Assembly: GCA_964636105.1 (NCBI GenBank)
Contig: CAZWRD010000001.1
Span: forward strand, 21,917 to 85,916
Direction: 5' to 3'
Length of the DNA: 64,000 bases
From: an uncultured Bacteroides sp.
Lineage (GTDB): Bacteria > Bacteroidota > Bacteroidia > Bacteroidales > JACABE01
Shown in pieces: positions 29,311-38,699 of the stretch. How positions within the stretch are numbered: the stretch's first letter is position 1; the number at the start of each line of letters is the position of its first letter. A program made the translations under genes and the position numbers. A model generated the notes under the pieces. The model did no database searches. It saw nothing but the letters and a program-made list of their open reading frames with translations, and was not told the DNA's origin.

Positions 29311-29562
29311 AATTTTATACGCATAAATTTCATAAAGGTTACGAAAAAAAATATCATCATTTATACATCTGATTACATGAATATTACAAACATTTATAAC
29401 CTAAAATATTATTAAAAAAAGGCAAAAATCCCTTCCTTAATTTTATTTTTTAATTTTCTTTCAAAAAAATAAAAATGTTGATAACATGAATAAAAGCCAT
29501 TTTAAAATTGATTACGATTAAGGATTTTTTAAAAAAATATTGAGAATTATGGATGTTTATTG

Positions 29563-29570
29563 TACTTTTG
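29563..29570 (+). promoter_or_regulatory. -7 promoter box (TActTTTG) upstream of the acyltransferase operon
   Basis: Exact TAnnTTTG. The TTG at 29580 is too close to it, which supports the ATG at 29625. Confidence 0.45.
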
Positions 29571-29624
29571 TAGCAATAATTGTCAAAAAATAAAAATAAT
29601 TTGAGTAGTCAACAATTTGAAATA

Positions 29625-30455
29625 ATGGAAGATTTCATTGATTTAAAAAGGATTATCGGAAATAAAAGTCCGAAATTATTAAAATATATCCCATCATTTA
29701 TATTTAATTACCTAAATAAAGTAATACATGTAAAGGAACTAAATGCAGCTATTTATCGCAATAAAGACAAAATAGGAATTGATTTTGCCACTGAAATTTT
29801 GAAAGAATTTGACGTTAACATTCAAATAGTTGGTTTAGAAAAAATTAGCAAAACCGGAAGATATATTTTAGCTTCTAATCATCCGTTAGGTGGCTTGGAT
29901 GGAATGGCTCTTATAAGTAGAATTGGAAATTACAGAAATGATATTTTATTTCCAGTGAATGATTTACTTATGAACCTCCCTCAATTAAAGCCCATCTTTA
30001 TACCAATAAATAAACATGGGAAAAATATCGACAATATTAAAATATTAGACAATGCTTTTGCTTCCGATTCAATGATACTCTATTTTCCTGCAGGATTGGT
30101 TTCGAGAAAACAAAAAAAGGGGATAATAAAAGATTTAGAATGGAAAAAAACATTTATTAATAAAGCGAAACAATATCAACGCGATGTTATACCAGTACAT
30201 ATTGATGGGAAAAATTCAGATTTTTTTTATAATTTGGCAAATATCAGAAAAAAAATTGGTCTTAAAGCAAATATCGAAATGCTGTATTTAGTTGACGAAA
30301 TGTATAAACAAAAAAACAAAACCATAAATATAACTATTGGAAATCCAATTTCATACAAAACATTTGACAAAAGTCTTTCTGATAGCAAATGGGCTGAAAA
30401 AGTAAAAGAATTTGTTTATAATTTAAGTAAAAACATAAACAGTTCAATTAATTAA
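29625..30455 (+). CDS. glsA: Lysophospholipid/PlsC-type O-acyltransferase, GlsA/OlsA-like
   Basis: Acyltransferase motif ILASNHPLGGLDG, followed by FPAGLVSR. It lies directly upstream of an OlsB/GlsB-like N-acyltransferase, as in the Bacteroidales glycine-lipid locus. Confidence 0.6.
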   Translation: MEDFIDLKRIIGNKSPKLLKYIPSFIFNYLNKVIHVKELNAAIYRNKDKIGIDFATEILKEFDVNIQIVGLEKISKTGRYILASNHPLGGLDGMALISRIGNYRNDILFPVNDLLMNLPQLKPIFIPINKHGKNIDNIKILDNAFASDSMILYFPAGLVSRKQKKGIIKDLEWKKTFINKAKQYQRDVIPVHIDGKNSDFFYNLANIRKKIGLKANIEMLYLVDEMYKQKNKTINITIGNPISYKTFDKSLSDSKWAEKVKEFVYNLSKNINSSIN

Positions 30456-30472
30456 AATATTATCTTTACAAA

Positions 30473-31405
30473 ATGGAAACAATTATTCAGGCAATAAATA
30501 TTGATTTAATTGAAAAAGAATTAACTCAGGAAAGATTTTTAAGAAAAACCAATAATGGCAATAAAGAAATTTATATTATTAATCATCACAATTCACCCAA
30601 TACAATGTTGGAAATTGGAAGATTACGTGAGTTAAGTTTTAGAGACGCTGGAGGTGGAACTGGCAAATCAATTGATATTGATGAATTTGACACATGCGAA
30701 TCTCCATATGAACAATTGTTGGTTTGGAGCCCCGAAGACAAAGAAATAATAGGAGGTTATCGCTTTATAGATGGTAAAAATATAAAAATCTTAGAAAACG
30801 GTGAACCTTATTGCGCAACAGCAGAATTATTTCATTTTTCACCCTATTTTATTAAAGAATATTTGCCATATACTATTGAACTTGGTAGATCGTGGGTTCA
30901 ACCCAAATATCAACCAACTTATAATATCAGAAAGGGAATTTTTTCACTCGATAATTTATGGGATGGGCTAGGAGCTATTACACTCGACTATCCAGAAATG
31001 AAATATTTTTTTGGCAAAATTACCATGTATCCGCGTTTTAACATTACAGCAAGAGACCTTATACTTTACTTTCTGAAAAAATATTTCCCAGATACTGATG
31101 GAATGGTATATCCACACGAAGAACTTAATATAGTTACAGACTTAGAAGAACTTAAAAGTATTTTTAATTCAGGGAATTATGATGATGATTATCGGATTTT
31201 GATGAAAAATGTCAGAAGACTTAACGAATCTATTCCACCATTAGTAAATGCATATATGAATCTATCATCAACAATGAAATCTTTTGGAACTGCTATCAAC
31301 CAAAGCTTTGGCAAAGTAGAAGAAACTGGAATTTTAATTACAATTACTGATATTTACGACATAAAAAAACACAGACATATAGCAACTTACAAAAAAAACC
31401 AATAA
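30473..31405 (+). CDS. glsB: GNAT-fold amino-acid N-acyltransferase, GlsB/OlsB-like (hemolysin-like)
   Basis: GRLRELSFRDAGGGTGKSIDIDEFD and YRFIDG are typical of the OlsB-type N-acyltransferase family. It is adjacent to the PlsC-type partner. Confidence 0.6.
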   Translation: METIIQAINIDLIEKELTQERFLRKTNNGNKEIYIINHHNSPNTMLEIGRLRELSFRDAGGGTGKSIDIDEFDTCESPYEQLLVWSPEDKEIIGGYRFIDGKNIKILENGEPYCATAELFHFSPYFIKEYLPYTIELGRSWVQPKYQPTYNIRKGIFSLDNLWDGLGAITLDYPEMKYFFGKITMYPRFNITARDLILYFLKKYFPDTDGMVYPHEELNIVTDLEELKSIFNSGNYDDDYRILMKNVRRLNESIPPLVNAYMNLSSTMKSFGTAINQSFGKVEETGILITITDIYDIKKHRHIATYKKNQ

Positions 31406-31409
31406 TATA

Positions 31410-32018
31410 ATGCCAATAAAAACAGCCAAATTTTTTATCAGCAGTCAAAAAATAAGTCAATGCCCTAAGCCTAACTTGCCTGAGTATGCTTTTATAGGCA
31501 GATCAAATGTTGGAAAATCATCATTGATAAATATGCTTACCGATCACAAAGATTTGGCAAAAACATCATCAACTCCAGGGAAAACAAAATTAATTAATCA
31601 TTTTCTGATTAATGATTCGTGGTATCTGGTTGATTTGCCTGGATATGGATATGCAAAGCTTTCGAAATCGATTAAAGATAAATGGCAAAAAATGATAGAA
31701 GACTATTTGTCGCACCGAGAAAGTTTGATGACAATATTTGTATTAATAGACTCGAGACTTGAACCTCAGAAAATTGATTTAAAATTTATTGAATGGCTTG
31801 GAGTTAATCAAATTCCGTTTTCGATTGTATTTACAAAACTCGACAAAATAAATGCCAAGCAACTAGCTGAAAATACCAATAAATTCAAACAAGAATTGTT
31901 AACACAATGGGAAGAATTACCAACAATATTTCAGTCTTCAGCAAAAACAGAAAGCGGGAAAAAGGAAATTATTGATTATATTGAATCTTCTTTGGGCTTA
32001 TTTGTTCCAATTAAATAA
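31410..32018 (+). CDS. engB: Ribosome-biogenesis GTPase EngB/YihA
   Basis: G1 GRSNVGKSSLIN, G3 DLPGYGYAK and G4 TKLDK. It starts 4 nt after the upstream stop. Confidence 0.92.
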   Translation: MPIKTAKFFISSQKISQCPKPNLPEYAFIGRSNVGKSSLINMLTDHKDLAKTSSTPGKTKLINHFLINDSWYLVDLPGYGYAKLSKSIKDKWQKMIEDYLSHRESLMTIFVLIDSRLEPQKIDLKFIEWLGVNQIPFSIVFTKLDKINAKQLAENTNKFKQELLTQWEELPTIFQSSAKTESGKKEIIDYIESSLGLFVPIK

Positions 32019-32049
32019 AAAAAAGCTGATATTTCTATCAGCTTTTTTT
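32017..32049. terminator. Bidirectional rho-independent terminator
   Basis: AGCTGATA (32024-32031) pairs with TATCAGCT (32036-32043) around loop TTTC. It is flanked by A7 and T6 runs between convergent genes. Confidence 0.8.
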
Positions 32050-32061
32050 AGTAAAAATAAA

Positions 32062-32409
32062 TTATTTTATTTTAATTAAAACCTGCGATTTATTTACAGA
32101 ATCGCCTTCTTTAATATTTACCTCTGCAATTACACCATTAACAGGTGCAAGCAACTCATTACTCATTTTCATTGCTTGAAAAATCAATAGTTTATCCCCC
32201 TTTTTTACCTTTTCTTTTGGTTTTACAAAAACTTTAAGTATGGTACCTGGTATAAAAGCATAAATATCCTTCGGATCTTTTGCTTTATAAGGCTTGCGCT
32301 CCTGATTTTTCTTCGGAATAGTAGTTTGATAGTGTACACCATCTATATTAATAAGATCCCAATTTTCAATACTACTGCCATCTTGTTCGATATTATTTAT
32401 CTCTTCCAT
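32062..32409 (-). CDS. Biotin carboxyl carrier-type biotinyl domain protein
   Basis: C-terminal biotinyl domain with the AMKM biotinylation motif (LIFQAMKMSNEL). Confidence 0.85.
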   Translation of the reverse strand: MEEINNIEQDGSSIENWDLINIDGVHYQTTIPKKNQERKPYKAKDPKDIYAFIPGTILKVFVKPKEKVKKGDKLLIFQAMKMSNELLAPVNGVIAEVNIKEGDSVNKSQVLIKIK

Positions 32410-32473
32410 TATTATTATGTATTAATGAAACATTTTAAATTTAAAGTATTACTAGCCTGAAAAATTAATTACA

Positions 32474-34021
32474 TCAGAACGGAGGAATACCATGTTTTTT
32501 ATATGGACGAGTTTCTTGTTTGTCTTTAGAAATATCTAATGCATGTATTAAAAAATGCCTAGTCTCAGTAGGATCAATAACTGCATCAACATAGCCATAT
32601 GCAGCTGCAACATAAGGATTTGCAAACTTTTTCTTATATTCAGCTATTTTCTTTTTACGCATTTCTTCTGGGTTCTCAGCAGCCAAAATTTCGCTTCTGA
32701 AAATTATATTGGCAGCACCCTCTGGTCCCATAACTGCTATTTCGGCAGTTGGCCAAGCAAATACGAAATCAGCCCTTAAATGATTAGAACACATGGCAAT
32801 ATAACCACCACCATAAGCTTTACGCAAGATTACCGTTATTTTGGGTACAGTAGCTTCTGAATAAGCATACAATATTTTTGCACCATGACGAATAACACCA
32901 GCATGTTCCTGATCAATTCCTGGCAAATATCCAGGTAAATCAACCAAAGTAACCAAAGGAATATTAAAAGCATTGCAATATCTGATAAAACGTCCTGCTT
33001 TATCGGATGAATCAACATCAAGTACACCTGCAAGAACTAAAGGCTGATTTGCCACAAATCCAACAGTTTGTCCGTTTAATCTCGAAAATCCAACTACAAT
33101 ATTTGCAGCCCATTTTTCATGTACTTCCAAAAATTCAGAATCGTCGCAAATAGCTTTAATTATACTTCTTACATCATATGGCAATGCAGGATTAGTAGGA
33201 AAAATGCTGTCAATTTTATATGTTTTTAATTTTGGAGCTTTTTTGGGAAAAGCTTCTGCTTTTTTTGTATTATTCCAAGGAATATAGCTAACCAATTTTT
33301 TAATTTGTTCAAAACACTCATCTTCACTTTCAGCAAAAAAATGAGCATTTCCAGTAACTTCAGCCTGCACTCTGGCACCACCCAATTCTTCCATTGAAAT
33401 CTCTTCACCAAGAACTGTTTTAATTACCTCGGGCCCAGTAATAAACATTTTTGAAATTTTATCTACCACAAAAACAAAATCTGTTAATGCAGGCGAATAC
33501 ACAGCACCCCCAGCACAAGGTCCTAAAATTACAGAAATTTGAGGTATTACCCCAGAAGCTAAAGTATTACGATAAAAAATTTCGCCATAACCAGCTAAAG
33601 AATTTACTCCCTCCTGAATACGGGCTCCACCAGAATCGTTAATACCAATAATTGGCACTTTCAACTTCATCGCATGATCCATAATTTTTGTAATCTTTTT
33701 GGCATGCATATATCCTAAAGAGCCACCTGCAACTGTAAAATCCTGTGCATAAATACATATAGGATGACCACTTATTGTACCCGTTCCTGTTACAACTCCG
33801 TCTCCAGGAAGATACTTTTTGTCCATATCGAAATCCTTTCCAGAATGTTCGACAAATAAATCATACTCAAAAAAAGAATTAGGATCTAATAATGTAATAA
33901 TTCTTTCTCTGGCTGTTAGTTTTCCTGTAGCCTTTTGTTTTTCAATAGCCTTAGAACCACCACCTTGTAGCGCTTCTTGCATTCTCTTTCTGAGGTCTAT
34001 GGTTTTTTGTTTTACTGACAT
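32474..34021 (-). CDS. Acyl-CoA carboxylase carboxyltransferase (propionyl-CoA carboxylase beta / methylmalonyl-CoA decarboxylase alpha type)
   Basis: 515 aa. Motifs GKLTARERI, DFTVAGGSLG, NDSGGARIQEG, GPCAGGAVYSPALTDF and the C-terminal RKAYGGGY. Confidence 0.92.
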   Translation of the reverse strand: MSVKQKTIDLRKRMQEALQGGGSKAIEKQKATGKLTARERIITLLDPNSFFEYDLFVEHSGKDFDMDKKYLPGDGVVTGTGTISGHPICIYAQDFTVAGGSLGYMHAKKITKIMDHAMKLKVPIIGINDSGGARIQEGVNSLAGYGEIFYRNTLASGVIPQISVILGPCAGGAVYSPALTDFVFVVDKISKMFITGPEVIKTVLGEEISMEELGGARVQAEVTGNAHFFAESEDECFEQIKKLVSYIPWNNTKKAEAFPKKAPKLKTYKIDSIFPTNPALPYDVRSIIKAICDDSEFLEVHEKWAANIVVGFSRLNGQTVGFVANQPLVLAGVLDVDSSDKAGRFIRYCNAFNIPLVTLVDLPGYLPGIDQEHAGVIRHGAKILYAYSEATVPKITVILRKAYGGGYIAMCSNHLRADFVFAWPTAEIAVMGPEGAANIIFRSEILAAENPEEMRKKKIAEYKKKFANPYVAAAYGYVDAVIDPTETRHFLIHALDISKDKQETRPYKKHGIPPF

Positions 34022-34371
34022 TTGTTTTTTAGTTTAATGAAACCTATTTACCCAAATTAGCTACAAAGATATAATCTTTTTTGCTAATAATTTATGTTTT
34101 ATAATAGTTTAACTTAATGTGATAAACAAGCATTTTATAGGTTTCCATTCTGTAATACCGTTAGTTATAATTTCTTAAATAGGAGATTTTATTTTAATTT
34201 TAATACTTTTTAACTTTTATTAAGATATATCTCATTCGGGTTTTTGGATTGCTAAATATCAAATATAATATTTCAATAACTTTTCTCCAATTATCATATT
34301 TATCTGATAACAAATTATTTATATTTTTTACTAAAAAAACTTAAAGCGTATTGGTGTAAACTTAATTTGAT

Positions 34372-34379
34372 TATTTTTG
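34372..34379 (+). promoter_or_regulatory. -7 promoter box (TAttTTTG) upstream of dut
   Basis: Exact TAnnTTTG, 16 nt upstream of the ATG at 34395. Confidence 0.4.
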
Positions 34380-34394
34380 TAAAAAAAATTTCAA

Positions 34395-34826
34395 ATGGAT
34401 ATCAAAATTGTAAATCATTCCAAACATCAGCTACCTTCTTACGAAACAATAGCATCAGCTGGTATGGATTTAAGAGCAAATCTAAATGAATCAATCTTTC
34501 TTAAACCTCTAGAAAGGGTATTAATACCAACAGGTTTATTTATCGAACTTCCTTTAGGATATGAAGCTCAAATAAGACCTAGAAGTGGATTAGCTTACAA
34601 ATACGGAATAACTGTTTTAAATACACCCGGTACTATTGATGCCGATTACAGAGGCGAAATTAAAATAATTTTGGTAAACCTTTCTAATAATGATTTTTTA
34701 ATTAATGATGGTGAAAGAATTGCACAAATGATTATTTCTCAACATGCTACAATTAAATGGAAACAAGTTGATTCGCTAGAAGAAACAATAAGAGGAGCTG
34801 GTGGTTTTGGACATACTGGAAAGTAA
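34395..34826 (+). CDS. dut: dUTP diphosphatase
   Basis: Motifs [26 protein letters not shown] and the C-terminal [10 protein letters not shown]. Confidence 0.96.
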   Translation: MDIKIVNHSKHQLPSYETIASAGMDLRANLNESIFLKPLERVLIPTGLFIELPLGYEAQIRPRSGLAYKYGITVLNTPGTIDADYRGEIKIILVNLSNNDFLINDGERIAQMIISQHATIKWKQVDSLEETIRGAGGFGHTGK

Positions 34827-34985
34827 CTAACTTAACTACAACAAATTGCTCTTCACTATTTTTTTAATATTAATTTTTACACTAAATAAAATAAACAGAT
34901 GAAACGAGCCATCAGAAAAAATTCTCACACATGAGGATGATTATAATGGCGAGTTCCATATGTACAAATATAAATAAATAAACAT

Positions 34986-35996
34986 ATGAAAATAATAATA
35001 CCAATGGCAGGCATGGGCAAAAGAATGCGCCCACATACACTTACAATCCCAAAACCACTTATTCCTGTTGCAGGAAAACCAATTGTACAAAGACTTGCTG
35101 AAGATATCGTAAAAATTTGCAACGAAGAAATTGAAGAAATCGCATTTATAATTGGTGATTTCGGTATTGAAGTAGAAACCCGATTAATAGAAATTGCCGA
35201 AGGATTGGGAGCACAAGGCAAAATTTATTATCAATCAGAACCTTTAGGAACAGCACATGCAATACTTTGTGCTCAAAAATCTCTAAATGGAAAAGTTACG
35301 GTTGCTTTTGCTGACACTTTATTTAAAGCCGATTTTATATTAGACGAAACCAAAGATGGTATTATTTGGGTACATGAAGTTGATGATCCGAGTGCTTTTG
35401 GAGTTGTAAAAACCAATGAAAATGGAATTATAACTGATTTTATTGAGAAACCAAAAGAATTTATCTCAAATAAAGCCATCATAGGTATTTATTATTTTAA
35501 AGATGGTGAATATTTAAAAAATGAATTACAATATTTAATTGACAACAACATTATTAAAGGGAGCGAATACCAACTTACTGATGCTTTGCAAAATATGATG
35601 GAAAAAGGCACAGAATTTTCGGTAGGAAAAGTTAATGAATGGCTGGATTGTGGTAATAAAGATGCTACTGTTATTACAAATCGCAGATTATTAATAAATA
35701 GTAATGGAGATAAATTAATTTCAGATACTGCTGAAATTACCAATTCTATAATTAACAACCCATGCTTTATTGGTGAAAATGTTCAAATTACCAATTGTAT
35801 TATTGGTCCATATGTTTCTATAGGAGAAAATTCAATAATTAGCCATTCAATTATTACTGATACTATTATTCAAACCAATTCAAAAATAAAAAACGCCAAT
35901 ATCGACAATTCAATGATTGGTAATTTTGTTGAATATAAGGGAGATATAAACGAATTGAGCATTGGTGACTTTACTACTATTAATTACAATATTTAA
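34986..35996 (+). CDS. Sugar-phosphate nucleotidyltransferase with C-terminal left-handed beta-helix
   Basis: N-terminal MKIIIPMAGMGKRMRPHTLTIPKPLIPVAGKPI (NTP_transferase signature). Hexapeptide-like repeats follow near the C-terminus. Confidence 0.8.
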   Translation: MKIIIPMAGMGKRMRPHTLTIPKPLIPVAGKPIVQRLAEDIVKICNEEIEEIAFIIGDFGIEVETRLIEIAEGLGAQGKIYYQSEPLGTAHAILCAQKSLNGKVTVAFADTLFKADFILDETKDGIIWVHEVDDPSAFGVVKTNENGIITDFIEKPKEFISNKAIIGIYYFKDGEYLKNELQYLIDNNIIKGSEYQLTDALQNMMEKGTEFSVGKVNEWLDCGNKDATVITNRRLLINSNGDKLISDTAEITNSIINNPCFIGENVQITNCIIGPYVSIGENSIISHSIITDTIIQTNSKIKNANIDNSMIGNFVEYKGDINELSIGDFTTINYNI

Positions 35997-36077
35997 AGCA
36001 TAAATACAATAATTATAAACTAAAATCGTTTATTAATCTTTTTTGTTATAAACAATACTAACCAATGCGCTTTGCAA

Positions 36078-37817
36078 ATGACTTTTAATAATAAAACATT
36101 TTATATACTGTTTATCCTTTTCTTTTCAGCTTTTTCTTGCAAAGTAGCTGAAAATAAAAGTTCTATTTCAAAAAATAAAACACAAACAGTTACATCTCAA
36201 AAACTTGTTTTAGACGGAATATTTATTGATGCAAATAAAGAAAAACTTTTAGGCAATTATAAAAATGCACTTGAACTTTTTTTAACAGTAATAAATAAAG
36301 ATCCTGATTATTCAGCTGCATTGTATGAAATTGCTCGCATTTATCAATCGCAAAACAAAAATTCAGAAGCTCTCTTGTATGCTAAAAAAGCTTCTGATTT
36401 AAACCCTGATAATATTTGGTTTCAGATTTTACTTTCTGATTTATATAAAGCAAATCAAAAATTTAAAGAATCTTGTAATGTCTGGCAAAACATTGTTAAG
36501 AAGAACCCAGAAAATATTGATTATTACTATGATTATGCCAATGCTTTTCTTTATGACAATAATTACACTGAAGCAATAAAAATATACGATTTAATTGAAA
36601 AGAAAACAGGTATTTCGGAAGGTGTTTCTTTACAAAAACAAAAAATATATTTATCTCAAAACAAATTTGATAAAGCGGTTGCAGAGGTAGAAAATTTGTC
36701 AAAAGCATTTCCCAACGAAATCAAATATTTAGCAATGCTTGCAGAAATGCATATGAACAAAAAAAACTACGATAAGGCACTAAGTTATTATTTAAAAATA
36801 CAAGAAAAAGAACCTAATGATAAATTTATACATATTTCATTAGCAAGTTATTACAGAGAAACTGGAAATAAAGAAAAATCATATCAGGAACTAAAAAAAG
36901 GATTTGCAAACCCAAATTTAGAAATAGACACAAAAATTCAAATTCTCTTATCATATTACTCTATTACAGAAATATACAACGAATTAAAATCACAAGCATT
37001 TGAACTTTCTGAAATTTTAGTAAAAACACATCCTAATGATGCAAAAGCTTATTCTATTTTAGGAGATTTTTTGTACAGAGATAAAAAATTTGAAAAAGCA
37101 CGCGAAGCTTTTAGAAAAGTAAATAAAATAGATAGCAGTAAATATGAAATTTGGGAAACCGTTTTAATTATAAACTCAGAGCTTAATGACACAATTTCAT
37201 TAGTTAATGAAGGAGAAAGGGCAATAGAACTATTCCCAGAACAACCACTTTTGTATCTGTTTACAGGTATTGCACACTTTCAATCAAATAAACTTACAAC
37301 AGCTATAGAAAAATTGGAAATAGGTTCAAAATTAGTAGTTGATAACGATAAATTACTATCTCAATTTTATACTTATATTGGAGATATACAATACAAAAAC
37401 AAAAATTACGACAAAGCATTCAAGGCTTTTAACAAAAATCTGGAAATTGACCCAGACAATGTTTATGTTTTAAACAATTATACTTATTATCTATCGTTGC
37501 AAAATGAAGATTTAGATAAAGCTGAACAAATGGGGCGAAAATTAAATATTCTTGAACCAAATAATGCCTCATATCAAGATACTTATGCTTGGGTGTTTTA
37601 CAAATTAGGTAAATATGAAGAAGCTAAAAAATGGATTCTCAAATCATTGGAAAATGGAGGAAATGAAAATGATATCATTCTCGAACATTTAGGTGATATT
37701 TATTATAAGTTAGGAGATACTAGTAAAGCATTGGAATACTGGCTAAAGGCAAAACAAAAGGGTAATGGGTCAGAATATTTGCAAAAAAAAATAGATGAAA
37801 AGAAATTATATGAATAA
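36078..37817 (+). CDS. TPR-repeat lipoprotein
   Basis: Lipobox FSAFSC, with many TPR-like units (A..Y...A..Y....N...A). I prefer the ATG at 36078 over the TTG at 36072. Confidence 0.8.
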   Translation: MTFNNKTFYILFILFFSAFSCKVAENKSSISKNKTQTVTSQKLVLDGIFIDANKEKLLGNYKNALELFLTVINKDPDYSAALYEIARIYQSQNKNSEALLYAKKASDLNPDNIWFQILLSDLYKANQKFKESCNVWQNIVKKNPENIDYYYDYANAFLYDNNYTEAIKIYDLIEKKTGISEGVSLQKQKIYLSQNKFDKAVAEVENLSKAFPNEIKYLAMLAEMHMNKKNYDKALSYYLKIQEKEPNDKFIHISLASYYRETGNKEKSYQELKKGFANPNLEIDTKIQILLSYYSITEIYNELKSQAFELSEILVKTHPNDAKAYSILGDFLYRDKKFEKAREAFRKVNKIDSSKYEIWETVLIINSELNDTISLVNEGERAIELFPEQPLLYLFTGIAHFQSNKLTTAIEKLEIGSKLVVDNDKLLSQFYTYIGDIQYKNKNYDKAFKAFNKNLEIDPDNVYVLNNYTYYLSLQNEDLDKAEQMGRKLNILEPNNASYQDTYAWVFYKLGKYEEAKKWILKSLENGGNENDIILEHLGDIYYKLGDTSKALEYWLKAKQKGNGSEYLQKKIDEKKLYE

Positions 37818-38661
37818 ATCGAAACTTTTTTGGCTTATAATTTACTTACTATCAACACTCTCACTGCTTTCTTGTAAATCTCAGAAAACAATTTCTAGCA
37901 CACCAAATCGAGCAATTGCTGATACAATTCAAATAAAGACAGTATTGGTTTCAGATAGTATTATTAATAAAATGACTGAAAACCAATTTAACTTTGAATG
38001 GCTATCGGCAAAGTTTACAGCAGATTATGAAACAGATAACAACAACACCTCATTTAGTGGACAAATTAGAATTAGAAAAGATAGCTTAATATGGATTTCA
38101 ATTTCAAAATTTTCGATTGAAGGTGCACGTATTCTTATAACACAAGATAGCATATTTGTAATCAACAGAATGGATAATAATTATTTCAAATCAGATTTCA
38201 ACTATATCAATCGATTTATTAATTCAACCGTAGATTTTGATATGTTACAAGCATTTATAGTTGGAAATGATTTTAAATATTATGAAAAAAATAAATTTAA
38301 AACCAGTTTCGATGGAGAAAACTTTCAATTAAACACAATAAATAGACATAAATTAAAAAAATATATTAGAAACGAAAATGAAAAACTAAAAATACTTGTG
38401 CAAAATATAGAAATTAATCCAAAAACTTATAAAATAATCAACTTAAATGTAAAAGAAGTTAAAGAAAACAACAAGTTAAAAATTTCATATTCTGATTTTG
38501 AGAACATTAACAATCAATTACTAGCAAAAATATTACAAATTTCAATAATTTCAGAAAAAGTTATTGGAATTAAATTAGAATATTCAAAGGTTAATCTGAA
38601 TGAAGAATTAAGTTTCCCATTTAAAATACCTGAAAATTATGAAAGAATAATTCCAAAATGA
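37810..38661 (+). CDS. DUF4292-type lipoprotein (LolA/LolB-like fold family)
   Basis: Lipobox LSLLSC. The sequence resembles the Bacteroidota DUF4292 family that follows this TPR gene in many genomes (from my recollection). Its start overlaps the TPR gene's stop. Confidence 0.55.
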   Translation: MNKSKLFWLIIYLLSTLSLLSCKSQKTISSTPNRAIADTIQIKTVLVSDSIINKMTENQFNFEWLSAKFTADYETDNNNTSFSGQIRIRKDSLIWISISKFSIEGARILITQDSIFVINRMDNNYFKSDFNYINRFINSTVDFDMLQAFIVGNDFKYYEKNKFKTSFDGENFQLNTINRHKLKKYIRNENEKLKILVQNIEINPKTYKIINLNVKEVKENNKLKISYSDFENINNQLLAKILQISIISEKVIGIKLEYSKVNLNEELSFPFKIPENYERIIPK

Positions 38662-38680
38662 TTTTTTTTTTTTAATTTTG
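38662..38680 (+). promoter_or_regulatory. T12 homopolymer immediately followed by a -7 box (TAatTTTG)
   Basis: T run at 38662-38673, the longest homopolymer I noticed in the window. TAATTTTG at 38673-38680 lies 20 nt upstream of the ATG at 38700. Confidence 0.4.
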
Positions 38681-38699
38681 ACGTTCAAGAAAAAACGGA

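Noticed and set aside
34925-35221. 98-aa minus-strand ORF overlapping the 5' end of the nucleotidyltransferase gene.
   Set aside because: It is antisense to a gene with a textbook NTP-transferase N-terminus. Its product is an I/S/P-rich low-complexity string, and it would leave no room for the promoter of either gene.
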